A stretch of 32,000 nucleotides of DNA from the NCBI GenBank assembly GCA_002794465.1, contig MTSL01000117.1:32168-64167 (forward strand). The letters run 5' to 3'. Positions 20,334 through 31,928 of the stretch are shown one piece after another. The notes under the pieces are model-generated. The model did not search any database. It worked only from the letters and a program-made list of their open reading frames with translations, and was not told the origin of the DNA. The DNA is from Paramicrosporidium saccamoebae KSL3 (taxonomy: Eukaryota > Fungi > Cryptomycota). The stretch's first letter is position 1; every line of letters starts with the position of its first letter. The translations under genes and the position numbers were made by a program.

Positions 20334-20437
20334 ATACACGTAACGCCAAGGATCAATGACTATTGCATCCAATTTATGTAACAGGTCGATACCACTTATA
20401 AATACATGTGACGCTAAGGATCAATGCCTATTCCATC
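20334..20437. repeat. 36-bp direct repeat, 2 copies, 68-bp offset
   Basis: 20334-20369 vs 20402-20437 share 31/36 identities (ATACAyGTrACGCyAAGGATCAATGmCTATTsCATC). Confidence 0.85.
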
Positions 20438-21056
20438 TCAGTCTCTCGCTTGCGTGTTGGACGATTGTGATTGCTAGCACGCTCCACCATTGCAATGACC
20501 AGAATGGAAAAAATGACCACTACATTGTTAGAGCAAACATTTAAGGGATACTGGCAAAGGAGTACATACTGCGCACTTTGACATTTTCCACATCGCTGCG
20601 AAACGCCGCCATTGCCGCCGCCAATCTTCCTTCCTCACCATGTACGGCCATCTCCACCCGTTGACCTTCTTCCCGCCCCTCTGCTCGATACTCATTTACC
20701 GCCAATGTCAGTTCTGTGTGCACCTCGCCCATGGTGATAGTGACGTCCGCGGGACGAGATGGTGTCAATGCTGTCGTCCGCAACGGCAACAATGGTGGAA
20801 GAGGCTTACGACGTGGTAATGTTTCCAGATGCTGTTGCAGACGATGTGATAGAATGCGTGTCGTCACGGTAAGCACAGCTTCGGCTTGTCGCCGCTCAAG
20901 TCCACTGTCACTCAGTGTCTGCACCCAATGCCAAGTGTCAATCTCCAGGGGAATCCGAAAGTTTGTTTCCTTGGCCTGTGGCACCAATGCCGACGAATGT
21001 ATCCCTAAATGCCCTCTAATCCAATTGCGGGACTGAAGACATGTCCATCGAAACAT
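20428..21056 (-). CDS. DUF1640 / CCDC90-MCUR1 (Fmp32/Put6-like) mitochondrial coiled-coil membrane protein
   Basis: Exons 21056-20552 and 20519-20428 (32-nt intron). IDTWHWVQTLSDSGLERRQAEAV matches the FDTxxxVxxLxxxGFxxxQAEA head. Splicing creates a C-terminal TM segment (MYSFAMVIFSILVIAMV). Confidence 0.72.
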
Positions 21057-21154
21057 AATGCCAATGCATAAACATTTATTTTAAACCGCCACCACCTCTC
21101 ACAACTCGTAATGTAGTTTTATTTACTATTATCCTCACATACCATTATGCACGA

Positions 21155-22627
21155 TTATTGTGCATTGGGAGTACGACGCCACGAGGCGGGCACCAAAAGG
21201 GCACGATCCACCAATGTGTACTTGAGGACGCACAGAATCAGAGCCACAGAGCCCATGTAAAAGGTGACCCGGAACATGCCGGCTACGCTGTGCTGGGGCA
21301 GCAGATAGATAATCCAGCCCCCTAGGGCACCACCAATGGCCAACGACAGTCCCGAGTAGATTCCTGAAATGTACGCCTGGGCCGTGTTGGCACACCCTTT
21401 GGGCGCAATGTCATTGGCCATGCGCACTCCCGACGAGATCAGACAGCCAGTGCTTGTCCCCTTCAACAGTTCAATCGCAAAGGACAGATAGAACCAATTC
21501 CCAGTAGGAGGTAGTACGGAATACGCCAGCACCCGGAGTAGTCCTGCCACCTGGGCAATAATCAGCATCCAATGGAGTCCAATGGTCCGTAGAAGCTGCT
21601 TGTTGTAGAAGAAGATTGCCATTTCACTGGCCATGCGGAACATGATTGCTGCCGCCACCATAATCTCGTTTTGGTGCATCTCCTGCTGCATGTAAAAGCC
21701 GAGAAAGTTGCTCATCACCGAACGCACATAGCCCGCACAGAGAATGACCACTGCCAGGAAGAAAAAGTGGGGATCGAGGAGCACCCGCACCGCCGGAGTG
21801 GAGGAAAGTCGTTCTGTACAGCCCCGGGCTTCGCCTTCTTCAATGTCACTTGGCTGAGGCATGCTCTCCTGTGTGGCTTGTTGAGAGGGACCGTGATGGC
21901 CATGCTTACCAGCGCCTCGGATGATCTTAATGTCCGACGGAATTCCCACCGAGATGAAGAACACAAAGGCACTGCAACTCAGCACCAAGACAATGAACAT
22001 TCCACGGTATTGAAGATAGTAGATGGACACTCCCACCGCCAAAGTAACCAAACCATGGCCCAGTGTGCCCCACAGACGTTGCTTTCCAAAGGTGTCTTTT
22101 GTAAAGTTTGGGTCCTTGGCCAGGATGGAGAAGACCTGCGTGTCCACCAGCGGGAATAGTCCCGAGACAAAGAAACAGCTGATCCCATACATTAACGCTG
22201 AGTATATAATCTTGTAAAGCACCGTGTTATGGTTCTCAAACGGCTTCAGTTCCAGCAGACAGAAGAAGAAGCCATATAGCACTGTGCACGCCAACAGAAT
22301 GCTCTTGTGACGACCAGTGCGGTCAGCAAGGTGAGCCCAGAACAGCGCTCCCACAAATTGCACTGCTGACAACGAGGACACGGCCCCAAATTGGTACACC
22401 TCAATGCCCCACATTCGGTAAAAGTACATGGCCGTGTAATTGTGTGTCGCATAGATGGCGCAATTCAGAGTCAAATATATGAGTTTGGGGAGGACGAGCC
22501 AGCGCGCATTCCAGTCTTCCAGTGTGCCCCGCCATTGCGGCGGCGACACGAGATGTGTGGTGGAGGTGGCGGTCAGGTCGCCACAGTCCACAGACTCCAC
22601 AGCAGTTTTGAGCGGCTCCTCGCCCAT
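21155..22627 (-). CDS. Major facilitator superfamily transporter (MFS_1-like / MFSD6-like)
   Basis: 490 aa with about 12 hydrophobic segments; WAHLADRTGRHK motif-A variant and FGKQRLWGTLG, typical of the MFSD6/MFS_1_like group. Confidence 0.88.
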   Translation of the reverse strand: MGEEPLKTAVESVDCGDLTATSTTHLVSPPQWRGTLEDWNARWLVLPKLIYLTLNCAIYATHNYTAMYFYRMWGIEVYQFGAVSSLSAVQFVGALFWAHLADRTGRHKSILLACTVLYGFFFCLLELKPFENHNTVLYKIIYSALMYGISCFFVSGLFPLVDTQVFSILAKDPNFTKDTFGKQRLWGTLGHGLVTLAVGVSIYYLQYRGMFIVLVLSCSAFVFFISVGIPSDIKIIRGAGKHGHHGPSQQATQESMPQPSDIEEGEARGCTERLSSTPAVRVLLDPHFFFLAVVILCAGYVRSVMSNFLGFYMQQEMHQNEIMVAAAIMFRMASEMAIFFYNKQLLRTIGLHWMLIIAQVAGLLRVLAYSVLPPTGNWFYLSFAIELLKGTSTGCLISSGVRMANDIAPKGCANTAQAYISGIYSGLSLAIGGALGGWIIYLLPQHSVAGMFRVTFYMGSVALILCVLKYTLVDRALLVPASWRRTPNAQ

Positions 22628-22712
22628 TCACTTCACCTCCCCAGGCCCTAAAGTCGCTCGGCATTATATTAACCTAAATAGGGAACCGTCCAACATAATA
22701 TAGAGCACCGGG

Positions 22713-22771
22713 CCAATCAGCCCTCCTCCTCCCACACATTAATGTCAGCGTCGCGCAACGATCGTGATTGG
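22713..22771. promoter_or_regulatory. Oppositely oriented CCAAT boxes in a divergent promoter
   Basis: GGCCAATCA at 22711 and GTGATTGG at 22764, between the MFS and STOML2 start codons. Similar pairs at 5986/6034 and 29221/29245. Confidence 0.45.
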
Positions 22772-22846
22772 CTGGTCATGCTTTCCAGAAAGGTATCCCG
22801 TTTACACTGCTGACCGTTGTAGCTCCAATCCTGTAGTCAGCTGAGC

Positions 22847-23902
22847 ATGCGTACATGTGCATCCTCCCAGGGACTGGTGATGCGGTCGAGCATGCGCACA
22901 TATGTCTCCTCGAGGGGACTGCTGAATACGCTGCGACCGCGACCAAAGCCGTTGCCCATGAATACTGTACCGGTGCGCAGGTGTGCCTCAATTGTAGATT
23001 ATAAAATTTGTGCCGCAGCAGCAGGCGTGGGTGGTGGAGCGTTTTGGAAAGTTTAGTCGCATCTTGGAACCCGGACTGGCCATCCTCCTGCCTGTCGTGG
23101 ACCAAATCAAATATGTCAAGACGCTAAAGGAAGTTGCAGTTGAGGTGCCCACCCAATCCGCCATCACCCAAGACAATGTGGCACTTTCCATAGATGGAGT
23201 GTTGTACTATCGGGTGACTGAGCCATACAAGTCCTGCTACGGGGTAGAAGATGCGGACTTTGCCATCACCCAGCTCGCCCAGACTACAATGCGTTCTGAG
23301 ATTGGAAAACTGACCCTTGATCGCACATTGGCTGAACGGAATTTGCTAAATGTCTCTATTGTCGAGGCCATTAACGAGGCAGCAGTGCATTGGGGGATCC
23401 GTTGTCTTCGCTATGAAATCCGTACCATCCCTGTGGGCTCTAATGTTTAGGGGACATTCAACCGCCGGAATCAGTCGTCAAGGCAATGCATTCGCAAGTG
23501 TCAGCAGAACGACAGAAACGCGCCTTCATTTTGGAATCAGAGGGCAGTAGACAGTCGGCAATCAATGTTGCCGAGGGACAGAAACAGGCGCAGATTCTCG
23601 CTTCAGAGGGTCAGCGGATGGAAAAGATTAATCAGGCCGTGGGAGAGGCGGAAGCCATTATTGCCAAAGCAAATGCCACGGCCACCTCCATCGAGTCCAT
23701 CTCCCAGGCAATGGCGAGAAATGGCCAAGATGCCGTGTCTCTCATGGTGGCAGAAAAGTACATTGAGGCCTTTTCGCAGCTGGCGCAAAAGAGCACCACC
23801 CTAATGCTGCCTGCAAATGCCGCCGAGCCATCGGCGTTGGTGGCACAGGCCATGACAATCTTCAAGAACGTCTCATCCTCACAACAACCCAAAAAGGAAT
23901 AG
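22847..23902 (+). CDS. STOML2: Mitochondrial stomatin-like protein 2 (SPFH/band 7)
   Basis: Exons 22847-22966, 22998-23421, 23451-23902 (introns 31, 29 nt). PMNT-IIKFVPQQQAWVVERFGKF, AITQDNV..IDGVLY, WGIRCLRYEIRDI and QVSAERQKRAFILESEG. Confidence 0.92.
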
Positions 23903-23922
23903 TTCAATACAATCTCATATGT

Positions 23923-25844
23923 CTAGGAGTTTATGGCTCGTTTTAGTAATTCGTCCAGTTTCATAGAGTCCAATCGTTCCTGCAGAGTTGTCCTCTTTAG
24001 CTCCTCCACCCGTGCCGTCATGGACTCTTTCTGCAGTACAACCGTGTCAATCAGTTCTAATTGGAATGGACCCGGGATTGGCGTTGAACGCGATTTTTTC
24101 ATGGGAGTGGAAAAACCACTCGTCAATACCTTTGGCAATGCCGCGGGTAGCAACGGCTTGGCAGCTACAGCAATCGAGTGACACTCTTTTCGCACAACCT
24201 CAGCCAACACTTTGTCAGAAATGCGCCGAGCAAGACAATTGACTGCTTGCTCTCGAAACGCTGTTTGTTCTTTGCTTCGTCGACAATCCCTAATGGCTAT
24301 AGTTGACATTTCCAAACACAGTTCATTCAGGATGGCATCAATACACACCCGAGTGACACGGTCAACTGTCTTTTTCTTGATCCATTTCCTTCGATCCCGC
24401 TCTCTGAAAATGGACTCTGCACTGATTGTGGGAACCTCGGTGTGTTTGATCCAATCTATCAGATTATCGGCCATTAGGGAGACGATCTGATTTTTCTTTG
24501 CCTCATTCTGCACTGGCTTCGGTAGAGTGGGCGGGATCTGTGGCAGTCTCGTCAAAGTGGGCTTTACAGGAGCTATTGTGTCGACTGTGTGGGCTCTAAT
24601 GATGGCGGCCATGGGAAGGCCAGCAACCTTTCTTTCAATAGATTCGCTTCTCCTTGCCTTCAACTGCACCTCTTCGGTCTCTTCTGTGACTTGCGGGGCT
24701 AACCTCATGATTGGCATTCCCATAGTATCGCTCGTCCAAGACCCATTTGCATCTTCTACAAGCGGCCCCATCTCTTCTGATTCCTCTACAAACAGCCATT
24801 CTGCAACCTTTCCCCCGGGAAGTGGCTCCTTTGACGTATATGCTCTCATTATGACCCGTAGAGCGGCTTTGCGCAGTTTCATGAAATGTGTGTGAAGAAG
24901 ACACGCCTGGAGGTATTCAGCGCGTTGCACCATTTGGAAATATTTTACATAGTCGACTTGATGGAATGCCGAAACACAGCCGAGGACAAATTGGACTTGG
25001 ACTGACGAGAATATCTCACTCGGAAAGGACAAGGCCTGTCTAAATACATCTTGATCTTCGGCATGAGTCAGAATCTGGTACGCCCTAAATTCTGCCTCAT
25101 TCTGCAGCGCCTCCTGACCACTCCCACTCTTCCGAATGTCCGTGTAATATTCTTGCAGACTCTGAAGAACCTTTCTCAGTTGCTCCGTATTTTGGAACGG
25201 ATCAAATTCGGAAAAATCAAGTCCACACAGTCGGTGTCCCGAGAGGATATGGAAACGGGCAATCTCTTCGTGGAGACGAACCACCGTCACCAATGCTCCC
25301 GGATCATTGTGAATGGCCCGTTGTTGGACAATAATATCCTGTCGCAGGGACCGCGTCCGGTCTCGGATGAATTTGTGAAGATCACTAAACGGAAAATCAA
25401 GGGACAGCACTGAATCCAGTAGATAGTCCATAGTCTGCCGCAGCACTAATGGCGGTCTGACATCTTCTGGTAATGGCGTCTCGTTCCCTGCAGCCGGGCG
25501 ATGGTATTTCTTCACCGCCCGTCCATGGTCAATGCGAATCTCTCCCGTACTGCTCCTCTCCAGCTACATATTCAACAGACTGACGTGGTGGTACCACTTC
25601 AAAGGGACTGACGTCGAAATGCGCCTCGCGTTCATGGCGTTCGTATTCAGGACACATGTCCGCGCAAGTGCCCACAAACTCGGTGGGCCTCAACGATTGT
25701 GCTGCCTCCCATGCTGCACGTTTTTCGGTCCGTAATTTGGACAACTCCTCAAAGCGGTTGGCAGTGATTGTGCCTTCAAACCTATTCTGCCGGATTCTAA
25801 ATGTTCATTACTTTGGCATAAATGTACGCATCCGGGAGGGACAT
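23923..25844 (-). CDS. SAC3: SAC3/GANP family mRNA export factor (TREX-2 scaffold)
   Basis: Exons 25844-25828, 25796-25595, 25563-23923 (two 31-nt introns; 619 aa). FVGTCADMCPEYER, AVKKYHRPAAG..PLPEDVRPPLVLRQTMDYL, FIRDRTRSLRQD and NEAEFRAY. Confidence 0.92.
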
Positions 25845-25863
25845 CAATTAAGAAAACAATTTA

Positions 25864-28800
25864 TTATCCCGTCGTGTTCCATCTACGAAGACTAGTGGCG
25901 TCGCTACTCTCTCTCTTCTTACTCCTCTGCATCTCCTGGACAATATGATATTCTAAGGGGGTGAATTGTCTCTGGTAACTACAAAGTCAGCATGGCTCAA
26001 AGTGTTTACAATTTCCAGACAAGGTCGCGGAGCAAACAGACGAGGGGAATCAGTAGGGCGGTGAACCAGAATGTTGCCGAGGACAATAGCGGCCGCCACA
26101 TTCCTAACAAGTCTGTAAGCGGCAGCGGATAGCCCAATAGCTGGGACACCCAATCGTACGACAATACGTATAGTACCCACGAAACGGGACAGGCCAGGAG
26201 AGCGAGCACTGCATATATGGTCCAGTAACTAATCTAATAAGATCATCACCCTTGGTCTTACTTGATCAGAAGCGCTGCTTTGAGAGAGCCCGTCAGAATA
26301 ATGCCGGCGTATATGGTGGTTCCCATAAAGAAGAGCGTGACGGGATGTCCGTGGGTCAACACAAGACCTCTTGTGAATATGATTACAGTAACAGTAAATG
26401 CCAAGAACGATTGCCAAAAACCGTTGATGGCCGACTGCCAAAATGTTTTGGAGTTGTACTACAGAGATTAACAAGCGCCAGTAATGGTGCTTACAAAGGC
26501 ATTCTGCTGTCCAAACCTGTATAGGGCAGGATAGGCAATCAGCGAGTCGGCAGTGACAAACTGTTCGGTCAGTCCGAGGACGATCGGTGGGAAACAGGTA
26601 AAGACAACATTATACAGTGCCACCATCCAACTCTCAAACACTGTCTGGCCCGAGAACAAAGTTAGCGCAGCATACCAAAATTGGCAGGCAAATAGCAAAA
26701 TGTTCTTGTACACACAGAACAGGGCGGCCTTGGAGATTCGATGATATCCCCAGGAGCCATGGACCAGGACAAGTTTTTGGAGAAACCGGAATTGGGCAAT
26801 TGAGAAATCGGCCGACCGAGCAGCTTGCAATCCCTCTTTTCCACTAATCCCAACACCTACAAAATTCAATACATTCCATCATCATCTGTACCGATATGCG
26901 CGGCCTGGATCATTCCTACGTCATTGGCACCATCGCCAATGGACAAGCACACTGCCTTTTCTCTCTGTTGCACCAATTCCACCACTCGAGACTTTTGATG
27001 TGGACTGACGCGGCAGCAAATGACGGTTCTACAGCGTTTCGACGTGTCTACAAACAGCGCCTGTAACGATTCGTCTTCCAAAATACTACTCAACGCAGTG
27101 GCCTCTATCACAACGGCGGCATCTGTTGGGTCTTGGGAATCTTTGTTGCCAATGAGCGTTCCAAAGTCTTGGATTGCCTCTCTAATCCCGTCAGCATGAG
27201 ACAATTGCAGCATCTGGGTTGAGGGGGATAGCAATTTACAAGAAAACCCAATGTTCACTGCCGTCTCCATCTTGTCTCCCGTCAGCACCCAAAGTCTAAT
27301 CTTGGCTTGGTGGAGCATGCTGATTGTTTCCGGGACGCCCTCTTGCAGACGGTCCTCGACACCGCTGATTCCTGCAAGGATCAGGTTGTTTTCAATCATT
27401 CCGATTGCTCGCTCTACAGACTCCTTCCTTCCAGCAATCGTCGTCTGGCTCTTCGTCCAAATTGGCTCCCATTCCGTGTATTCCTGAGCAGTGATTTCTC
27501 GGGAAGCAAACATTAAGGTTCGAAGTCCAAGATTGGACATGTCCGAGATGGCCTTTTCGGAAGCGCCAAGCATTTCCTGATTCTGGCCAGGAGCAAGTCT
27601 GGTGCGGACGACTGCATCGGCCCCTTTGCAAATAATCCATATCTTGTTGGAATCATCTCGCACAACGACACTCATCCTCTTCCTCGCACTATCAAAATCG
27701 AAAACTGCAAGGATTGTAAAGGGCACTTGGTCTCCATCTGCAGTTTTCACAAGAATGGACTGCAACTTTCGTTCTATTAGGACAACATTCATCTTGGCCG
27801 CGGCATCTACAATAGCAACTTCGTCTGGCGAGGATGCCTGATACGTCCTGACGCCAGTCGAGGTCATTTTTATAACAACCGTGTTGCAAACTGCCATCAC
27901 CAACAACATGTGATCCAAACCAGGATATCGAGATCGGTCCACGTTCGGATCCAGCTGGTCCAAAAGTTGTCCCTGGACACAAATCTGACGCATTAGCATT
28001 TCATTCCTGGTCAAGGTGCCAGTCTTGTCGGAGAAGATGTATTGCACCTGTCCAAGCTCCTCTACCAAAGCGGTAGTCTTTGCAACAGCCGGAGTATCGG
28101 ATTCTTCACAGTATAAATCCATATCATTATCGATTAGATCCCCCAGGCGCACTCGAATGACTTCCATTGTCAAGATCAAACTGATGGGCACCAAGTTGTG
28201 AAACAGTACGATTAGAGTAAAAAACTTTTTCACCGCCAGTCCGAACTGTAGCTCATAATCTGCATCTGTGTAAATGCACCGATGCACATAAACTTTGGAC
28301 ACTACAATGAACGCAATAAAACAGACTATGACGCAGCACATTAATACTACGAAAAGGTACAAAACCTGTCTGTTTGTCATTGATTCAATGGAGGAGCGTT
28401 TGATTCGGGTGACATTTGAGTTCATTACAATCTTGGTTTCCTTTCCCGTATATACGACGACTCCGATGACCCAAGAAGTGTTTTGGAGGCGTGATCCCCT
28501 CAATAAGAGTTGGCTCGGTCCAAGCGAGACTTCATGTTCTCCGTGCACCAGGATCCCGTCGTATTCGTATATTCTGTTGTTGGGCTCATCACATTTGATC
28601 ATTCCAGAAAAAGTACCCAGTGACTCTCTGTCGACATCAATAGCTGCCCGATGTCTCGACTTTAGATTAGTCTCCCCGTCAATGTTTGATGTTTCGACGT
28701 AACAGTCTCCATCCTCGGAGCTCGACATTATCAGAACAAGATCAGCAGGGAACTCTTGACCATCACGCACTTTGACTATCTCTCCAACACATATATCCTT

Positions 28801-29163
28801 CCATACGCGCCTCTCGAACTTTTTCGCGCTGGTGCTAAATACCTCTCCCTTGGTGTTGTTGGCTCGGTCGTCAGCGCTCCTCCTCCTCATATCTTCGACA
28901 AACTCCTTGACGCCGGTCACCAGGACAATAATGCTGAGAGGAAGTGCAGTTCCATACCGATTAACGGGAGTAACTCCGGGAATTTGCTGCATTAGAGCAA
29001 TAGCAAGGAAAAAGACGTTTGCATAGCGCGAGAATTGTTCATACAAGAGCTTCGGTATGAATGTCAAGACGGTATATTTTGTCGTGTAGACGGCATTGTC
29101 ACTGTATTTAAATATGTGCTCTTCAGGTCGCCCTCGATTGACAAGTACAGTACGATGTTGCAT
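25864..29163 (-). CDS. DRS2: P4-ATPase phospholipid flippase, Drs2/ATP8A clade
   Basis: Exons 29163-26892, 26856-26495, 26458-26262, 26228-26010, 25978-25864 (introns 35, 36, 33, 31 nt; 1054 aa). [44 protein letters not shown], TM1 QQ motif and YHIVQEMQ. Confidence 0.95.
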
Positions 29164-29450
29164 GGACCCTGACTAACCGAGGCTTCAGGTCCTCATGGGC
29201 TGTCTTTGTAGACTTTGGGTGTGATTGGTCCACTGAACAGCGAGCCAATAATAGAAAGGATGGTTTATGAATCATGATAGTGGGCCTATCGCAAGTGCAT
29301 TACATAAATAATCTCAGCAGTACTAGCTTTGTTTGTAGCCTGACTTGGAATGGAGCATTTATATAGAATATCTCCGTTTGCATCCCAGCTTGGAATCGAG
29401 TGATCACGACCCCCTTGTAATCGCCTGGCCAGTGAGAGGACAGGGTATAC

Positions 29451-30167
29451 ATGTCTGATGATGACCCAGTCGTCTCTGAGCACGACATATTCATCTCAAC
29501 ACAATTATCGTCGTATCTTCATGTTATCCAGTATCCAGGGAATATACCAGAGTTAGAGAGGGAGACCACGGCAACAACGGGACGATTCAAAAAGAACCAC
29601 AAGCAGCTTGAACTCGAGTTTCCCCTTGACACGGGCCATCCCACCTACTCTTCTGAGCGAGGCGCCGAACTAGCCACTGCTTCACAAATGGGCCGCATAA
29701 CCCTGCAGGATTCCTATGAATCTACTGCAAATACTCGTGGACTAGCATCATTGAAGCTTTCTGGCACAAAAATTCCCCTTTCTTCCAATTCTAAATATTT
29801 TGTCGCTGTGAGCACCAACAATTCCATACACATGACGCCGGTAGAGACATTCATTGCCATGAAACCGGCGTTGACATATCTTGACGAGTCTGATTCCAAG
29901 ACAAAGAGCACTGCGAAAAAGTTGGAGACTGACAATAGCGCTGTACAGGATAAGCTAAAGGTGGTCCAGGTTCAATTTAAGAAGCGAGAGACTGAAGAGC
30001 AGATTGCGGCTCGACTCTCCTCTTACGCCTACCTGCAGCGACAAGTCGACGAAGAGCCTTGGACGGGACTGACGCATTTTCTGCCACGCACAGCAGAGTG
30101 CAGCACCGTATCCGCAAGACTCGTCACATCCTCCACCCTCCCCATAGATTTTAAGCCTGGACAGTAA
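29451..30167 (+). CDS. RPC37: RNA polymerase III subunit C37/RPC5 (Sin-like N-terminal domain)
   Basis: MSDDDPVVSEHDIFIS..LHVIQYP (DDPVVxEIDVY..LYxxQYP pattern), HMTPVETFIAMKPALTYLD and EEPW. Confidence 0.8.
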   Translation: MSDDDPVVSEHDIFISTQLSSYLHVIQYPGNIPELERETTATTGRFKKNHKQLELEFPLDTGHPTYSSERGAELATASQMGRITLQDSYESTANTRGLASLKLSGTKIPLSSNSKYFVAVSTNNSIHMTPVETFIAMKPALTYLDESDSKTKSTAKKLETDNSAVQDKLKVVQVQFKKRETEEQIAARLSSYAYLQRQVDEEPWTGLTHFLPRTAECSTVSARLVTSSTLPIDFKPGQ

Positions 30168-30214
30168 ATCTCTATATCTGCACTTTGTACTCGGAACATT
30201 TTTATTAAGCCCAC

Positions 30215-30718
<504 letters not shown>

Positions 30719-31136
30719 GTGTGGTGGGTGGTGTGAGGCGAAAGTTACTTGTACTGGGGTGTCTGCTGCGAGTTTGTCCTCGAGAGCGTACTACAATCAG
30801 ACACCTGGTCGAAGAAAAGTACAATGCAGTCGCCAGCCAATCAAATCATGGCAACTGTGGATTCGGGAATATTCCTTGACAGCACTGTCAGCTAATATAC
30901 AAATTCATTAAAGAAAACCGAAAATGATTAGTGATCGCAACCATTTGCAGAGTTGGATCCGTTGCAGCGCATGTGTACTACTGGCAGGAACAACAAGACC
31001 CGAGATCCGTGGCCAATCATAAGCCACAACCAACGACCTTCCTAATTAGGAGCGAAACGCAAATTAATGTCGTTCCCGGAAGTAAACAAAATGTACAACC
31101 CCATATAATGCAGTCATTGTTGACGCCGACCAAAAA

Positions 31137-31805
31137 ATGCAAAGTCGCGATTTTCATTCCATCTTATCCGAGTGCGACGTGGAGGCCGAGCTGATCGACC
31201 ATACGAGCGACCCCAAGTGCGAGGAGACCCAGCGTCTGGCCTGGGATGGACGGAAGGGTCAATGGATTCCCCTTGCATACTCCTACACCTTTTCGGGCGG
31301 ATGTTTCGATCATCTAGAATGCGGACCGGATGGATTGCAGTCTCGACGTCTGGCCAGCTATGCCTTTCCGCCCTCAAAACGACATGCCGTGATGCTCGAT
31401 CAAGGCTCGCCAAAGCTGCGAGTTTTGCCAAAGACAGTTCTGCAGGGACGGAACCCGAGGATCCAGCCAGTGATTACCAATTCGCCGTTAGTCCGCGTGC
31501 CGTGGGACGAGACGGAAGACGAGGAGACCAGCTGGGAGCCATTTAATCCCTTCAACCTGGATTCCAGGCCTGTGCAGGCCATGCCATGGCTGGATGACAT
31601 CAACATTGAAGACTTTCTATCCTCTGCCATCGACTACCAAACTGATTGTCGCGTCAACATCCCGATGAGTGAGCCAGTGTTTTCGCGCAGGGAAGCCAAG
31701 CCAACAACGCCGTGCACACCATCGAGTCCTCCTCCGCCCTTGTTTACCGACGGGAATAGGCCAATCCCTGTGCTGAAACCTTCCCCAACAAGACTTGTAC
31801 AGTAA
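31137..31805 (+). CDS. Hypothetical protein, Pro/Ser-rich C-terminus
   Basis: 222-aa ATG-initiated ORF in otherwise unassigned space, divergent from UBC4. No family recognised. Confidence 0.55.
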   Translation: MQSRDFHSILSECDVEAELIDHTSDPKCEETQRLAWDGRKGQWIPLAYSYTFSGGCFDHLECGPDGLQSRRLASYAFPPSKRHAVMLDQGSPKLRVLPKTVLQGRNPRIQPVITNSPLVRVPWDETEDEETSWEPFNPFNLDSRPVQAMPWLDDINIEDFLSSAIDYQTDCRVNIPMSEPVFSRREAKPTTPCTPSSPPPPLFTDGNRPIPVLKPSPTRLVQ

Positions 31806-31928
31806 CAGCCACAAGAACCGCGAAATAGAATTGTACTAATAGACGCATGTGTGGCATTAAAATGATTTGAGAGGGTGAAGTCGCGGTACATTTTGTAGAA
31901 TCCTTGTTAGTTGAATTTTGTCACTGTT

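Noticed and set aside
29286-29494. Minus-strand ORFs between DRS2 and RPC37
   Set aside because: They overlap the RPC37 start, cover the CCAAT-containing divergent promoter and show no homology.
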